DNA of 38,978 nucleotides from an uncultured Eubacteriales bacterium (GCA_900320415.1 ONSE01000029.1:1-38978), one strand, 5' to 3'. Positions 27,569-38,977 are shown, counted from the stretch's first letter. Numbers and translations are program-made. The notes: generated from the letters alone by a model not told the origin.

Positions 27569-28783
27569 TCAATCTTTGGAAACAACGGCGGTCACGCTGC
27601 CGTCGGTGAGGGTGAGCGTAAACTCGTCCCCCTTTTTCAGCTGGGTTTTGCTGGTAATGACCGCGCCGTCCTTTTCCGCTACGGCGTAGCCGCGCGCGAG
27701 AACAGAGAGAGGATTGAGGCTTTCAAGCTTTGAGGCGGTCGCCCTGACGCGGTTCTCACACTCGGCAAGCTTCATCTCCATCGCGTTGCGCATCCGCGTT
27801 TCGCAGAGCGCGAAAATTCCCTCATAGCGGTCGAAGGACTTCTGCGGCGAAAGCGCCTCAAGCATTCTCTGTGTGTCCTTCAAGCGCTTCGAGCAATTGT
27901 CGTAGCGCTGCTTGACGAGCGCGTTGATATTCTTGTGAAGGGCATTGTACTGCGTTTTCAGCTCCGCCCTGTCCGGCACGGCGATTTCCGCCGCTGCGGA
28001 CGGCGTCGGGGCACGCAAATCCGCGACAAAGTCGCAGATAGTAAAGTCTATTTCATGGCCGACAGCGGAAATGATCGGAGTTTTGCACTCGTATACGGCG
28101 CGGGCGAGCTGTTCATCGTTGAACGCCCACAGATCCTCAATGGATCCGCCTCCCCTGCCGATGATAATGGTATCGCAAAGCGCCGATTCGTCCAGCTCGC
28201 GCACCGCCTGTGTGAGCTGCGGCGCGGCGCTGTCACCCTGTACGAGAGTCGGATACAGAATCACGTCGATACAGGGAAAACGGCGGTACAGGATATTTTT
28301 GATATCCTGAAAGGCGGCGCCCGTCGGCGAGGTGATCACGCCGATCACACGCGGAAAGCGCGGTATCGGCTTTTTATGCGCGGGGTCAAACAGGCCCTGC
28401 GCCTCGAGCTTCTTCTTGAGCTGCTCAAAAGCTAAATTGAGCGCGCCGACACCGTCGGGCTGCATATCCTCGATGATGATCTGATATTTGCCGTGCGGCG
28501 GATACAGCTCGATCCTGCCGCGGCAGATCACCTTCATGCCGTCGGCAGGCTGAAATTTGAGAGAGCGGGCGAAGCCCGCGAACAGCGTCGCGCTGAGTAC
28601 CGCGCCGCTGTCCTTGAGCACAAAATAATTGTGACCGTTCGGCTTGAAGCCGCGCATACCCGAGATTTCCCCCGTGACAAACACAGTCATGAGCCGAGGG
28701 TCGCTCTCGATGGTGCTTTTGATGTATTGCGTTATCTGACTGACTGTCAGACAGGTTGGTTTATTTATGGTCGGTGTGTACAT
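27569..28783 (-). CDS. xseA: Exodeoxyribonuclease VII large subunit
   Basis: TGEIS, VITSPTGAAFQD, GRGGGSIEDLWAFN, SAVGHEIDFTICDFVADLRAPTPSAAAE; start set at ATG 28783. Confidence 0.95.
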   Translation of the reverse strand: MYTPTINKPTCLTVSQITQYIKSTIESDPRLMTVFVTGEISGMRGFKPNGHNYFVLKDSGAVLSATLFAGFARSLKFQPADGMKVICRGRIELYPPHGKYQIIIEDMQPDGVGALNLAFEQLKKKLEAQGLFDPAHKKPIPRFPRVIGVITSPTGAAFQDIKNILYRRFPCIDVILYPTLVQGDSAAPQLTQAVRELDESALCDTIIIGRGGGSIEDLWAFNDEQLARAVYECKTPIISAVGHEIDFTICDFVADLRAPTPSAAAEIAVPDRAELKTQYNALHKNINALVKQRYDNCSKRLKDTQRMLEALSPQKSFDRYEGIFALCETRMRNAMEMKLAECENRVRATASKLESLNPLSVLARGYAVAEKDGAVITSKTQLKKGDEFTLTLTDGSVTAVVSKD

Positions 28784-29714
28784 ACTGATACTTCCTGAAG
28801 CACAAACAGGCGATTCCCGCCGCGTTATCCGACGAAAAGACAGGCTCGGCAAAAACCGCGTTGTATTTTTCTGTAAAAGAATTTTTGATGATAGAGTCAG
28901 ACATAACGCCCCCCGCATAGACCGCCGTCATTTTGCCGTGACGCTCCATTATCGCGTCGGTCATCAAGGCAAGCGTCTGCCGGATGTATTCCAAACAGAA
29001 CGCCGCGACATAGGACTTGCTTCTGCCCTCGCCGATCAGCCTTTGACAGAGATTCTCCACGCCGCTGAGGCAGCAGTCGCAGCCCTTGAGCTTGGGATGA
29101 ACCCTGATGCTTTCGGTGTTTTGCAGCGCGAGCCTCTCCAGCTCCATTCCGCACGGAAAGCGCAATCCGAGCATCAGGCCTACCCTGTCAACCGCCTGTC
29201 CCGCGTTGAGGTCGAGCGTTTTGGCTGCCGGCTCCAGATCAAAGCCGCAGCCTTTGCCATCGGCGATCACCGCCTCGGTGGTGCCGCCGCTGACATGGAA
29301 GGCGAGAAAGCGTTTGTCAAACAAATCCGTCCGCCCCGCGCTGAACAGCGCCGCCGCGATATGTCCCTCCTGATGTGAAAACGGAAACAGCGGGATCTTG
29401 AGTGCGGAGGATAAAATTTTTGCCGTGTTCTCCCCGACGGTGAAACACGGCATATAAGAGCCTTCCATGGGACGCGGGCGGACTGACGCGCCGATCGCGG
29501 CAATCCGCGTTGTATCGACATCCTTCACCAGCTCCGAAAACAGACGGTGCAGCTGCGCGGTATGGTGGAACACCGCGTCGCTCTGGCGCAATCCCAACTG
29601 CCCCTCCCTGACGGGAAGGAGCTGCTTGCGCTGCAGCATTTCGCCCGTTTCGCTGTCATACAGCGCGGTGGAGGTGGTGTAATTCGAGGTGTCTATTCCG
29701 AGAAACAGACTCAT
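28761..29714 (-). CDS. TsaD/Kae1-like ASKHA protein (glycoprotease M22 family paralog)
   Basis: LGIDTSNY, HQEGH metal motif, VSGGTTE, AGQAVDR, GGVMS, SDNA. Confidence 0.85.
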   Translation of the reverse strand: MSLFLGIDTSNYTTSTALYDSETGEMLQRKQLLPVREGQLGLRQSDAVFHHTAQLHRLFSELVKDVDTTRIAAIGASVRPRPMEGSYMPCFTVGENTAKILSSALKIPLFPFSHQEGHIAAALFSAGRTDLFDKRFLAFHVSGGTTEAVIADGKGCGFDLEPAAKTLDLNAGQAVDRVGLMLGLRFPCGMELERLALQNTESIRVHPKLKGCDCCLSGVENLCQRLIGEGRSKSYVAAFCLEYIRQTLALMTDAIMERHGKMTAVYAGGVMSDSIIKNSFTEKYNAVFAEPVFSSDNAAGIACLCFRKYQYVHTDHK

Positions 29715-30145
29715 TTCTCCGCCCCTTTCGCGCGGATCAGAGAACCGAGAATACCATTGACAAAGCCGCTTTCGTCAATGGTATACTTCTTGGCAAGCTC
29801 CACCGCCTCATTGACCGAAACGCTGTCGGGAACGCTCTCGAGATATAATATTTCATAGACCGCAAGGCGGAGAATCGCGAGCGAGGGACGCGAGATGCGG
29901 CGCAGCGACCAGCCTTTTTTGAGATATTTCGAGATCTCCGCGTCGATCTCGTCACGCCTTGCCTCGATTCCCGTGGCCACCGCCTGCGCGTAACCGCAGA
30001 CGCCGCCGACAAACATTTCACTGTTGTCCTCGATGGTAGCCTCCAGCGGCTCGTCGTCAAAGGATTTGGAGAAAAGCAGCATAAACGCCTGCTCTCTCGC
30101 CTCGCTCCTGCTGAGCTTCACTTCCCGGTTTTCTGTTTCACACAT
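29711..30145 (-). CDS. nusB: Transcription antitermination factor NusB
   Basis: RSEAREQA, ILRLAVYEI, NEAVELAKKY, FVNGILG. Confidence 0.95.
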   Translation of the reverse strand: MCETENREVKLSRSEAREQAFMLLFSKSFDDEPLEATIEDNSEMFVGGVCGYAQAVATGIEARRDEIDAEISKYLKKGWSLRRISRPSLAILRLAVYEILYLESVPDSVSVNEAVELAKKYTIDESGFVNGILGSLIRAKGAEK

Positions 30146-30177
30146 TTAGATCCCAACTTTACTTTTTATTCCGTTTT

Positions 30178-30206
30178 ATTATAGCACAACTGTTTGAAAA
30201 TGTAAA
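30178..30206 (-). promoter_or_regulatory. SigA promoter for nusB and downstream genes
   Basis: TTTACA-17 nt-TATAAT with TGn extension. Confidence 0.7.
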
Positions 30207-30209
30207 CAG

Positions 30210-30237
30210 AAAAAAAGAGACGGATTTGCTCCGTCTC
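30210..30237 (-). terminator. spoIIIA operon terminator
   Basis: GAGACGGA-loop-TCCGTCTC followed by U7 on the minus strand. Confidence 0.8.
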
Positions 30238-30244
30238 CCTGTCG

Positions 30245-30784
30245 CTACGCGCCCACGACCGAGATGTTCTCATAGGACACGTCATAATGTGAGATCACCG
30301 CGTCGTCGGCGATCAGCACCGTCGCATCGTTCAGCTCGGATTCAGGCACCACTACAGTCACACCCTCGTCGCTGATCCAGCACAGGCACTCCGAAAAGCC
30401 CTTTGCCTTGATTATTCCCTCGATGCTTTCCTGAATGGTGAAGTTTTTCAGTATCTTCTCCACATTCTTCTGCGCCTCGCTGATATCGTCGGCATTGGCG
30501 TTTTCCATGTCAAAGATCTCCTTCGCCTCGTCAAGCACCTTGTCCTGAGCAGCCTGACGCTTGGTGCGCTCCGACGAAAAATAGTCCGTTGTTTCCCGGC
30601 TGAGCGACGCCGTCTGCTTCGCTTCATCAGCGGTGGACGCCGGCGTGGCGTTGACATAGGACGCCGCCCCCAGTTCCTTGCTCCTGACCGAGGGCGCCGA
30701 CGTGAACTGCCAGTTGACGTATACCGCCGCGCCTAGGGCGAGGACGATCGCCGCCGAGATGATGTACCGTTTCTGAAATTTCAT
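30245..30784 (-). CDS. spoIIIAH: Stage III sporulation protein AH
   Basis: N-terminal TM (LGAAVYVNW), DYFSSER, IEGIIKAKGF; last gene of the operon. Confidence 0.85.
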   Translation of the reverse strand: MKFQKRYIISAAIVLALGAAVYVNWQFTSAPSVRSKELGAASYVNATPASTADEAKQTASLSRETTDYFSSERTKRQAAQDKVLDEAKEIFDMENANADDISEAQKNVEKILKNFTIQESIEGIIKAKGFSECLCWISDEGVTVVVPESELNDATVLIADDAVISHYDVSYENISVVGA

Positions 30785-30795
30785 ATGACCAACCC

Positions 30796-31245
30796 TCATT
30801 CTGATAATTTTGTAATACATACCTTTGCCGTTGATATGTCGAGCGCCTTGGTCACCGCCTCGGTGATCCGCTCCACGACAACAGGCTTGTCACCGCCTTC
30901 ACATACGACGAGCACACCGCGAATCAGCGGCTCGACTTCCTTGGTTTTTGTGGTGCTGTCGCGCAGATAGACGTACTCGACGCTGTTCTCCATCGTCAGC
31001 AGCACCTTGGTTTTCCCCGCTCCCTCGATGCGCGATATCACCGACTCGAGGTCGCTCTCAATTTCTGTGCTGTAGGTCTTTACGGAAAACTCCTCATTCC
31101 TTTCTCTCGGCGCGCAACCGGTAAAATCCACGCTTGACAGCAGTATCAGCGCGATTCCCGCAGCGCCCGCTATCATAATCATTTTGCGCAGCCTGCCGCT
31201 GTCGGCAAATTGATTGAGCTTTTCGTTCAGCTTGCCGTCTTTCAT
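30796..31245 (-). CDS. spoIIIAG: Stage III sporulation protein AG
   Basis: ISRIEGAGKTKV, PLIRGVLVVCEGGD, AVTKALDI. Confidence 0.88.
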   Translation of the reverse strand: MKDGKLNEKLNQFADSGRLRKMIMIAGAAGIALILLSSVDFTGCAPRERNEEFSVKTYSTEIESDLESVISRIEGAGKTKVLLTMENSVEYVYLRDSTTKTKEVEPLIRGVLVVCEGGDKPVVVERITEAVTKALDISTAKVCITKLSE

Positions 31246-31251
31246 TTTTCT

Positions 31252-31725
31252 CTACTCCGTTACCACGCGCGGCACAATGCCGAAATGCTGCTTTGTCAGC
31301 TCCGCTATCAGCTCTGTGCGCGGACTGTCGTTCCTGTCAATATATATGCTGATCCGGGAGATGATTATGCTTTGATTTTCCGTTTCCGCCAGAATGATTT
31401 CACAGCCGCGAGGCGCTACACCGTTCTGTTCCAGGAGAGCGGTCAGGGTGTTTTCCAGGTTTTCCCTTGTCCGCGCGACGACCTCCGCCCCCACTGCCCC
31501 GTCAGCGGTGGCGGTCAGCTCCTCATAGGAGGATAACCCGTCCGTTTCGGGACGGAACTCCATCACCGCCTTTGACACGGGGATCATCATAGAGCAAACC
31601 AGAAACGCACCCATCACAAGATTAAGTACTCTCTTCAAACTGCCGTCCGTAACAAATCCCGAAAGCAGTGAACAGATAACGGAGGCGGCGCAGGCGGCGA
31701 AAACGACGGTGTAAAGTCCGCTCAT
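31252..31725 (-). CDS. spoIIIAF: Stage III sporulation protein AF
   Basis: Likely start MSGLYTVVF (ATGA overlap with the AE stop, SD GGAGG); two TMs then a soluble domain; operon position. Confidence 0.75.
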   Translation of the reverse strand: MSGLYTVVFAACAASVICSLLSGFVTDGSLKRVLNLVMGAFLVCSMMIPVSKAVMEFRPETDGLSSYEELTATADGAVGAEVVARTRENLENTLTALLEQNGVAPRGCEIILAETENQSIIISRISIYIDRNDSPRTELIAELTKQHFGIVPRVVTE

Positions 31726-32828
31726 GACGCGCCTCCCATGGAAAAAATCATGGCGGTAATAATTATATAAACCGTCATCACGGAAAGCAGCGACGCCATC
31801 AGGGTGGCGAACACATCCGAAAGGCTCTCCAGAAGCCTTGCGCCCTGCGGTAAATTGAGCGCCTCCGCGACGGACTTTCCCGCCCACAGCGTCACCTGCC
31901 ACAGTATTGCGCCGACGACAGACGGCAGAAAGGTTACGGCGAGCGCAAGAATGACAAATACGCCGATTCCCGATTTGAGTACGGTCACGCTGCCCTGCAC
32001 GGTTTTGAGCGCCTCCGCAAGCGCGGAGCCGACGATGGGGACAAAGGAGCTGAGAGCCATACGCGCCGCCCTGCCCGTCACGGTGTCGAGCGCCGAGGCA
32101 AGCACCTGTTTCAGTCCTATGACCGCCGTAAATATCGCCATCCCGAAGCCGAGGAGCCATTTTGCCATTTTGGATATGGAATGTACAAAGCCGCTGAGGT
32201 ATACCTCCGACGACACGCCTCCTGCGATGCTCATCCCCAGGAGCATCCTCATAAATGGAACTATCACCTGTGAGGAAAGCTGAGAGACTCCCTCCCCCGC
32301 GCCCAGCACAGCGGTATAATATGCCGCGCTGCCTGATACGCTGCCCGACGCGGTCAGCAGAAGGGCGGTGACGGGAATATATGCCAGCATAAGATTGGAG
32401 GCATTCACGACAATATCCGCCGCGTTTTGTATCAATCCCGCCGCAGGAACCGCCACCGACGCGCCGATGCAGAGGGACAGCACCGTGTTCATCGTGCCGC
32501 CGACATCTGAGGACAGAGCCCCCCGGTACGCGGACAGCATCGAGCAAATCAGCAGCATAGCCGTCACGGTGATCAGCCCCTTCAGCGGCGACTGCGCGTT
32601 TTGTGAACCGATGGCAAGGATTTCATTCAGAATGCTCTCAAATGATAATGACGACAGGGAATCCGCGTCCGCTCCATCCGCACCGATAGCAAGCATATGC
32701 TCCCTTGCCTCGTCAGACAGGCTGTCATAGATCCCCGAAACGTCGTACAGCGTTTCCTCTGCGTACACCGCCCTCACGGAAAAGGCACAGAGCACCGCAA
32801 CGAAGAAAACAATTATGATTCTTTTCAC
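31722..32828 (-). CDS. spoIIIAE: Stage III sporulation protein AE
   Basis: Polytopic; SSFVPIVGSALAEA...VLKSGIG signature. Confidence 0.9.
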   Translation of the reverse strand: MKRIIIVFFVAVLCAFSVRAVYAEETLYDVSGIYDSLSDEAREHMLAIGADGADADSLSSLSFESILNEILAIGSQNAQSPLKGLITVTAMLLICSMLSAYRGALSSDVGGTMNTVLSLCIGASVAVPAAGLIQNAADIVVNASNLMLAYIPVTALLLTASGSVSGSAAYYTAVLGAGEGVSQLSSQVIVPFMRMLLGMSIAGGVSSEVYLSGFVHSISKMAKWLLGFGMAIFTAVIGLKQVLASALDTVTGRAARMALSSFVPIVGSALAEALKTVQGSVTVLKSGIGVFVILALAVTFLPSVVGAILWQVTLWAGKSVAEALNLPQGARLLESLSDVFATLMASLLSVMTVYIIITAMIFSMGGAS

Positions 32829-32852
32829 TTCTCACCCCGCGGAAGGTTTTCT

Positions 32853-33239
32853 TTATCCCATGAGATTCATCACCGTATTCAGGATATCGGCGTAAAGAGG
32901 CAGCGCCGTCACCGTGACGAGCAGCTTGCCGGCGAGGGAGACATTCCCCGCGAGCGACTGGCTGCCCGCGTCCCTACAGGTATTCACCGCGAACTCTGTC
33001 AGCAGACAGATTCCGATGACCTTGAGCAGAATCACTATATAGGAGATGTTGGTCTGCGAAGCGGCAACGATGGAGTTGACTGTTCCGATAATCTCCGACG
33101 CCCGCGAAAACACGGAAAGGAGAATCAGCACCGAACAGGACAGGGTGAGCATGAGGGCGATTTCTCCGTTTTTCGGACGTATGGTGAGGGACAGGATCAC
33201 GGCAATCACGGCGAGGACGCCGATAGACAGCATATTCAT
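32853..33239 (-). CDS. spoIIIAD: Stage III sporulation protein AD
   Basis: ILLKVIGI..LTEFA..CRDAG..SLA..V.LAGK. Confidence 0.92.
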   Translation of the reverse strand: MNMLSIGVLAVIAVILSLTIRPKNGEIALMLTLSCSVLILLSVFSRASEIIGTVNSIVAASQTNISYIVILLKVIGICLLTEFAVNTCRDAGSQSLAGNVSLAGKLLVTVTALPLYADILNTVMNLMG

Positions 33240-33433
33240 CAGAAGCCGAACAGCTGCTTGATGGTGGCAAACAGACGGCTGATTTGCGTGATCACCAGCG
33301 TCAGCACCACAACCAGTCCCGCGAGCGTAGTGAGCATTGCCTGCTCCTCTCTGCCGCTGCGGATCAACAGCTGTGACAGCACGGCAACGATAATGCCCAC
33401 TGCCGCGATTTTGAAAATCAACTCTACATCCAT
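33239..33433 (-). CDS. spoIIIAC: Stage III sporulation protein AC
   Basis: MDVELIFKIAAVGIIVAVL...SGREEQA...LAGL; 64 aa. Confidence 0.95.
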   Translation of the reverse strand: MDVELIFKIAAVGIIVAVLSQLLIRSGREEQAMLTTLAGLVVVLTLVITQISRLFATIKQLFGF

Positions 33434-33440
33434 CTTTACC

Positions 33441-33944
33441 TCACATCAACACAATTGCCGCCGACGCCCCGGCGAAGAATCCCATGGTTTTATATAGTTT
33501 TGCCTTGCTTTGGATCCGCTCCTCCGACTCCGAGAGCCTCGCCGCCGCCTGCGTTTCCAGCAGCTCCAGATGGCGCAGCTGTCCCTCCAGATCTGTTGCG
33601 CCGAGCTGTGAGCCCAGCTCACGCAGAAGGAAATGATCACTCTCTGAAAGAGCGAACGTTTTGGGAATAGCTTTCAGCGCTCTTTCCCACACGACAGTAA
33701 AATCCTCTCCGGTCTTTTCCACACTCAGAAAAGGAAGCTCCGCCTGCTCCGCGCACAGCCTTACCAGCGTGAAGACATCCTCCCCCCGATAGCGGAGGTT
33801 GGTTTTGAGCAGGCTGAGAAACGCGCCGAATCTCCGCAGGAACTCCCTTCGGCGGTAGAGCCGCCGGGACAGCAGGCAGCCTGCCGCAAATGAAGCCGCG
33901 ACCAGAAACACGCAGCCGAGAGCCTTAACCGGAAAGCAATTCAC
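33441..33944 (-). CDS. spoIIIAB: Stage III sporulation protein AB
   Basis: LGATDLEGQ, KAKLYKTMG; TMs at both ends; operon position. Confidence 0.88.
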   Translation of the reverse strand: MNCFPVKALGCVFLVAASFAAGCLLSRRLYRRREFLRRFGAFLSLLKTNLRYRGEDVFTLVRLCAEQAELPFLSVEKTGEDFTVVWERALKAIPKTFALSESDHFLLRELGSQLGATDLEGQLRHLELLETQAAARLSESEERIQSKAKLYKTMGFFAGASAAIVLM

Positions 33945-34857
33945 TGACGCTCACCCTCTCACGAATTTGACCGGCGTTCTCCCTTCCCGCGAGGAATACC
34001 GCCGTCCGGAAGGCTCCCGTACTCAGAAGCCGCCGCAAGGCCTCTCTTTTGTACAGCTCGTCCGGATCCCTCGCGTGAACCGCCGCAATCACCGCCGTAC
34101 CGCAGCGAACGCAGTTCATGACCGCGGGAACCTCTGACGCTCCGATTTCGTCACAAATCAAATAATCAGGTGACATCACACGCACCGCCTGCTCCATCGC
34201 CTCCGCTTTCGGATATCCGCCGTAAACATCGCATAACCCTACGTCATTCTGCGGCGCGCCGCCGACGCAGGCGGCAAGCTCTCCCCTTTCGTCAATCAGG
34301 GAAACAGCCGCTTCATAGGAAAGCTGACGTGCCAGATCCCGCAGCAGCGTGGTCTTTCCCGAGCAGGGCGCGCCGCAGAGGAGCAGACCGTTCTCAAGAT
34401 TGTTCTTTTGCCGCATGAGCGCGTCCGCACAGCCCGAATATTCGCCCGCGATACGCAGGTTGAACGAGCTGAGGTCGCGGATATTCGTGATTTTACCGCC
34501 GCAAATCACCGCCGTACCGCTGATTCCCGCCCTGTGACCGCCGCGCAGCGTGACAAAACCCTCCGCGATCTCATTCTGTCTGCTGTAAACGGAATACTCA
34601 CAGGCGGCGCGCAGGGTTTGCGCCAAATCCTCCGCTTCGGCACAAAACAAGCCGTCCGACAAAAAAGGGGTGATCGTGCCCGCTCGGGTGAAAAAAAGCC
34701 GTTCATCTCCGCAGGTAACGCTCAGCGGCCGCCCCGTCCGAAGGCGGATCTCCCTTGCGGCCGGAGCCAGACGGTTCTCATTCTCGCTGAACAGCGCCCT
34801 GACGGGCGGACTCAGGCAGGATATTGCCTGTCGGTAACGTTGTATCGCGTTTCTCAT
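33925..34857 (-). CDS. spoIIIAA: Stage III sporulation protein AA (ATPase)
   Basis: EIRLRTGRP, GFVTLRGGHRAG, GAPCSGKTTLLRD, IDERGE, MSPDYLICDEIG. Confidence 0.95.
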   Translation of the reverse strand: MRNAIQRYRQAISCLSPPVRALFSENENRLAPAAREIRLRTGRPLSVTCGDERLFFTRAGTITPFLSDGLFCAEAEDLAQTLRAACEYSVYSRQNEIAEGFVTLRGGHRAGISGTAVICGGKITNIRDLSSFNLRIAGEYSGCADALMRQKNNLENGLLLCGAPCSGKTTLLRDLARQLSYEAAVSLIDERGELAACVGGAPQNDVGLCDVYGGYPKAEAMEQAVRVMSPDYLICDEIGASEVPAVMNCVRCGTAVIAAVHARDPDELYKREALRRLLSTGAFRTAVFLAGRENAGQIRERVSVSELLSG

Positions 34858-34879
34858 TTTTCATTCCTCCGTTTTGATA

Positions 34880-35124
34880 CTAATCCTTGGTGAAAAAACT
34901 AAAGGGAGCCTCTAATCATTCCATGTCATGCAGAAGTGCGGAGGATTTATGGCAGAATGTTGTCAAAGCTCCGCAGGTATGCTGACGTACTTCAAGGAGA
35001 ATTGGCAAGATGATGCCGTGAAGATTTCGTGCTTATGCGCGGCAGGGAATTCTTAGAGGGTCCCTAAAAACTGCTGTTTGCGAAATTTAACGCAACAGAT
35101 GTTCAGGGAATGGTCAAGGATTAG
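34880..35124. repeat. Repeat element 'B', copy 2, interrupted by element A
   Basis: Perfect outer inverted repeat CTAATCCTTG (34880-34889) / CAAGGATTAG (35115-35124); internal sequence matches 268-340. Confidence 0.65.
34904..35064. mobile_element. MITE-like hairpin element 'A', copy 2 (161 bp)
   Basis: TIRs GGGAGCCTCTAA / TTAGAGGGTCCC, flanked by TAAA on both sides (possible 4-bp TSD); the whole element is an imperfect long hairpin. Confidence 0.72.
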
Positions 35125-35139
35125 GATGAGATACAGTTC

Positions 35140-35168
35140 ATTCTATGCGGACAGGCATAAAAATAGAC
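35140..35168 (-). promoter_or_regulatory. Putative SigE-type promoter of the spoIIIA operon
   Basis: GTCTATTT-TTATGCCTGTCCG-CATAGAAT; the -10 matches CATAnAAT; spoIIIA is SigE-dependent in studied Firmicutes. Confidence 0.5.
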
Positions 35169-35188
35169 CTGCCCAAAAGGACAGGTCT
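35159..35188 (-). terminator. ligA terminator
   Basis: AGACCTGTCC-TTTT-GGGCAGGTCT-ATTTTT on the minus strand. Confidence 0.8.
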
Positions 35189-35200
35189 GATGATCGGTAT

Positions 35201-37195
<1,995 letters not shown>

Positions 37196-37213
37196 TCATC
37201 ACCGTTTTTTTAT

Positions 37214-37780
37214 TTACTTCGCGTAATCCTTTTCGCGCAGGAAGGTGGATTCGAGGTCGGCAAGGTGCAGCTTCACCGCCAGCGGATATTTGTCATATGC
37301 CTGACTGATCACGTTGCTGTTTTTGTCACCGAACTCACCCATATGCCAGCGGATCGCCATGGCTTCCTCGATCTTGAGGCGCATCTTGCGCTCAATGAGG
37401 AATACGGACTTTTCGCCGTGACCGTAGGGAAATTGATCCTCAATGGCGTAGTAGGGCACCTTCTCCCACTGACCCGTCTTTTCGTTCTTGACGTTGCGCG
37501 TGGATACTTTGTAGAACTGCGCCTTGCACAAATCGTGCAGGAGCGCACAGATGGCAAAGCTCTCCGCGCTGTCGGTTTCCTCGTCAAAATGCTTCTCCAT
37601 CATGGTGTTGAACACGCTGACGGAATGAATGACCAGACCCCCCTCGCAGGCGCAGTGATAGCGCGAGCTTGCCGGCGCGGTAAAGAAATCTGTCCTCTTC
37701 AGCCAGTCGAGCAGCTCATCGGCTCCTTTTCTGGTGATGTGTTCCTTGTAGATGGTGATAAATTCCTCCTGCGGTGTCAT
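37214..37780 (-). CDS. HD-domain phosphohydrolase
   Basis: APASSRYH...HS, LLHDLCK, GHGEKS, AIRWHMG, HLAD. Confidence 0.85.
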   Translation of the reverse strand: MTPQEEFITIYKEHITRKGADELLDWLKRTDFFTAPASSRYHCACEGGLVIHSVSVFNTMMEKHFDEETDSAESFAICALLHDLCKAQFYKVSTRNVKNEKTGQWEKVPYYAIEDQFPYGHGEKSVFLIERKMRLKIEEAMAIRWHMGEFGDKNSNVISQAYDKYPLAVKLHLADLESTFLREKDYAK

Positions 37781-37808
37781 CCGTTTCCCTCCTTTTTGAT
37801 AGTAAATC

Positions 37809-37836
37809 GCGGTAACCTCCGCAGGGAAGTTACCGC
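37809..37836 (-). terminator. Stem-loop after the S1 gene (probable terminator)
   Basis: GCGGTAACTTCC / GGAGGTTACCGC on the minus strand; weak U-tail. Confidence 0.55.
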
Positions 37837-37861
37837 AATAGAATAACCTGAAACTATGTAA

Positions 37862-38977
37862 TTATTCTTCCGCTGTCTCCTCAGCCTGTGCGGGAGCCTC
37901 TCCGTCGGTAAGGAGCGCTCTCATGGAGAGAGATACGCGCTTCTTGTCGAAGTCGATCGCAGTGATCTTCGCCTGCACGGTGTCGCCTACGGCAAGAACA
38001 TCGGAAGGCTTATCGATTCTTCTGTTGGCAATCTGAGAAATGTGGATCAGACCGTCAATGCCGGGAATGATGTTCGCGAACGCGCCGAAGGTGGTCAGAC
38101 CAACGATGGTAGCGTTCACAACGGTTCCCTCGGGATAATCTCTCTTGAGAATCTCCCAGGGATTGTCGTCCGCGTTCTTGAAGCCGAGGGAGATCTTCTT
38201 GGTCTCCTCGTTGATATCCTTTACGTATACCTCAACGGTATCGCCGATGTTGACAACCTCGGAAGGATGCTTGATGTGTGTCCAGGACAGCTCGGAAATG
38301 TGGATCATGCCGAATACGCCGCCGAGGTCTACAAACGCGCCGTAGCTGGTCAGAGACTTGACAACGCCGGTGTATCTCTTGCCGACCTCGCAGTTCTTCC
38401 AGAACTCCTCGCGCTGCGCGGCTCTCTGCTCCTTGAGCACGCTGCGGATGGAGCCGATGGCTCTCTTGTATCTGCCGCGCTGGGAAACCTCGATCAGACG
38501 GAAGTTGACATCCTGACCTACGAGATCCTCGAGCTTCTCGTCACGGCTCGCGGTTGCCTGTGAAGCGGGGATAAACACTCTTACGCCGTTGTAGAGGACG
38601 ATAACGCCGCCCTTGACAGCTTCTGTTACCTTGCTGGTAAGAATTTCCTGGGAATCAACCTTCTCCTGGAGCTCCTCCCAGCCCTTCTGTGCGTCTACTC
38701 TGCGCTTGGAAAGCATGATGGTGCCTTCCTGATCGTTCGTCTTCATGATCAGCAGCTCGATCTCGTCACCCACCTTGACGATATCCTCGGGCTTCGCGCT
38801 CGGATCATTGGAAAGCTCTGACACAGGAACAAAGCCCGTCTGTTTTCTGCCGACGTCAACCTGTACTTCATTAGGCGCGATGCTGATGACTGTACCCATT
38901 ACCCTCTCATTTGTATTTAAGTTTTTGAGGGATTCTTCAAGCAACTCCTCAAAAGATTCTTCAAAATTTGTTTCACC
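37862..38977 (-). CDS. rpsA: Ribosomal protein S1 domains (partial; possibly the C-terminal part of an IspH-S1 fusion)
   Basis: Four S1 repeats ([19 protein letters not shown]; FGAF...DGLIHISQI); the frame stays open to the window edge ([16 protein letters not shown]). Confidence 0.88.
   Translation of the reverse strand, partial: GETNFEESFEELLEESLKNLNTNERVMGTVISIAPNEVQVDVGRKQTGFVPVSELSNDPSAKPEDIVKVGDEIELLIMKTNDQEGTIMLSKRRVDAQKGWEELQEKVDSQEILTSKVTEAVKGGVIVLYNGVRVFIPASQATASRDEKLEDLVGQDVNFRLIEVSQRGRYKRAIGSIRSVLKEQRAAQREEFWKNCEVGKRYTGVVKSLTSYGAFVDLGGVFGMIHISELSWTHIKHPSEVVNIGDTVEVYVKDINEETKKISLGFKNADDNPWEILKRDYPEGTVVNATIVGLTTFGAFANIIPGIDGLIHISQIANRRIDKPSDVLAVGDTVQAKITAIDFDKKRVSLSMRALLTDGEAPAQAEETAEE

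Noticed and set aside
31726-32547. Long N-terminal extension of the 431-aa ORF 31252-32547
   Set aside because: Alternative frame inside spoIIIAE; spoIIIAF has a proper SD and ATG at 31725.
34126-34135. GGGAACCTCT matching the element A end inside spoIIIAA
   Set aside because: Within an intact reading frame with no partner end; probably chance.
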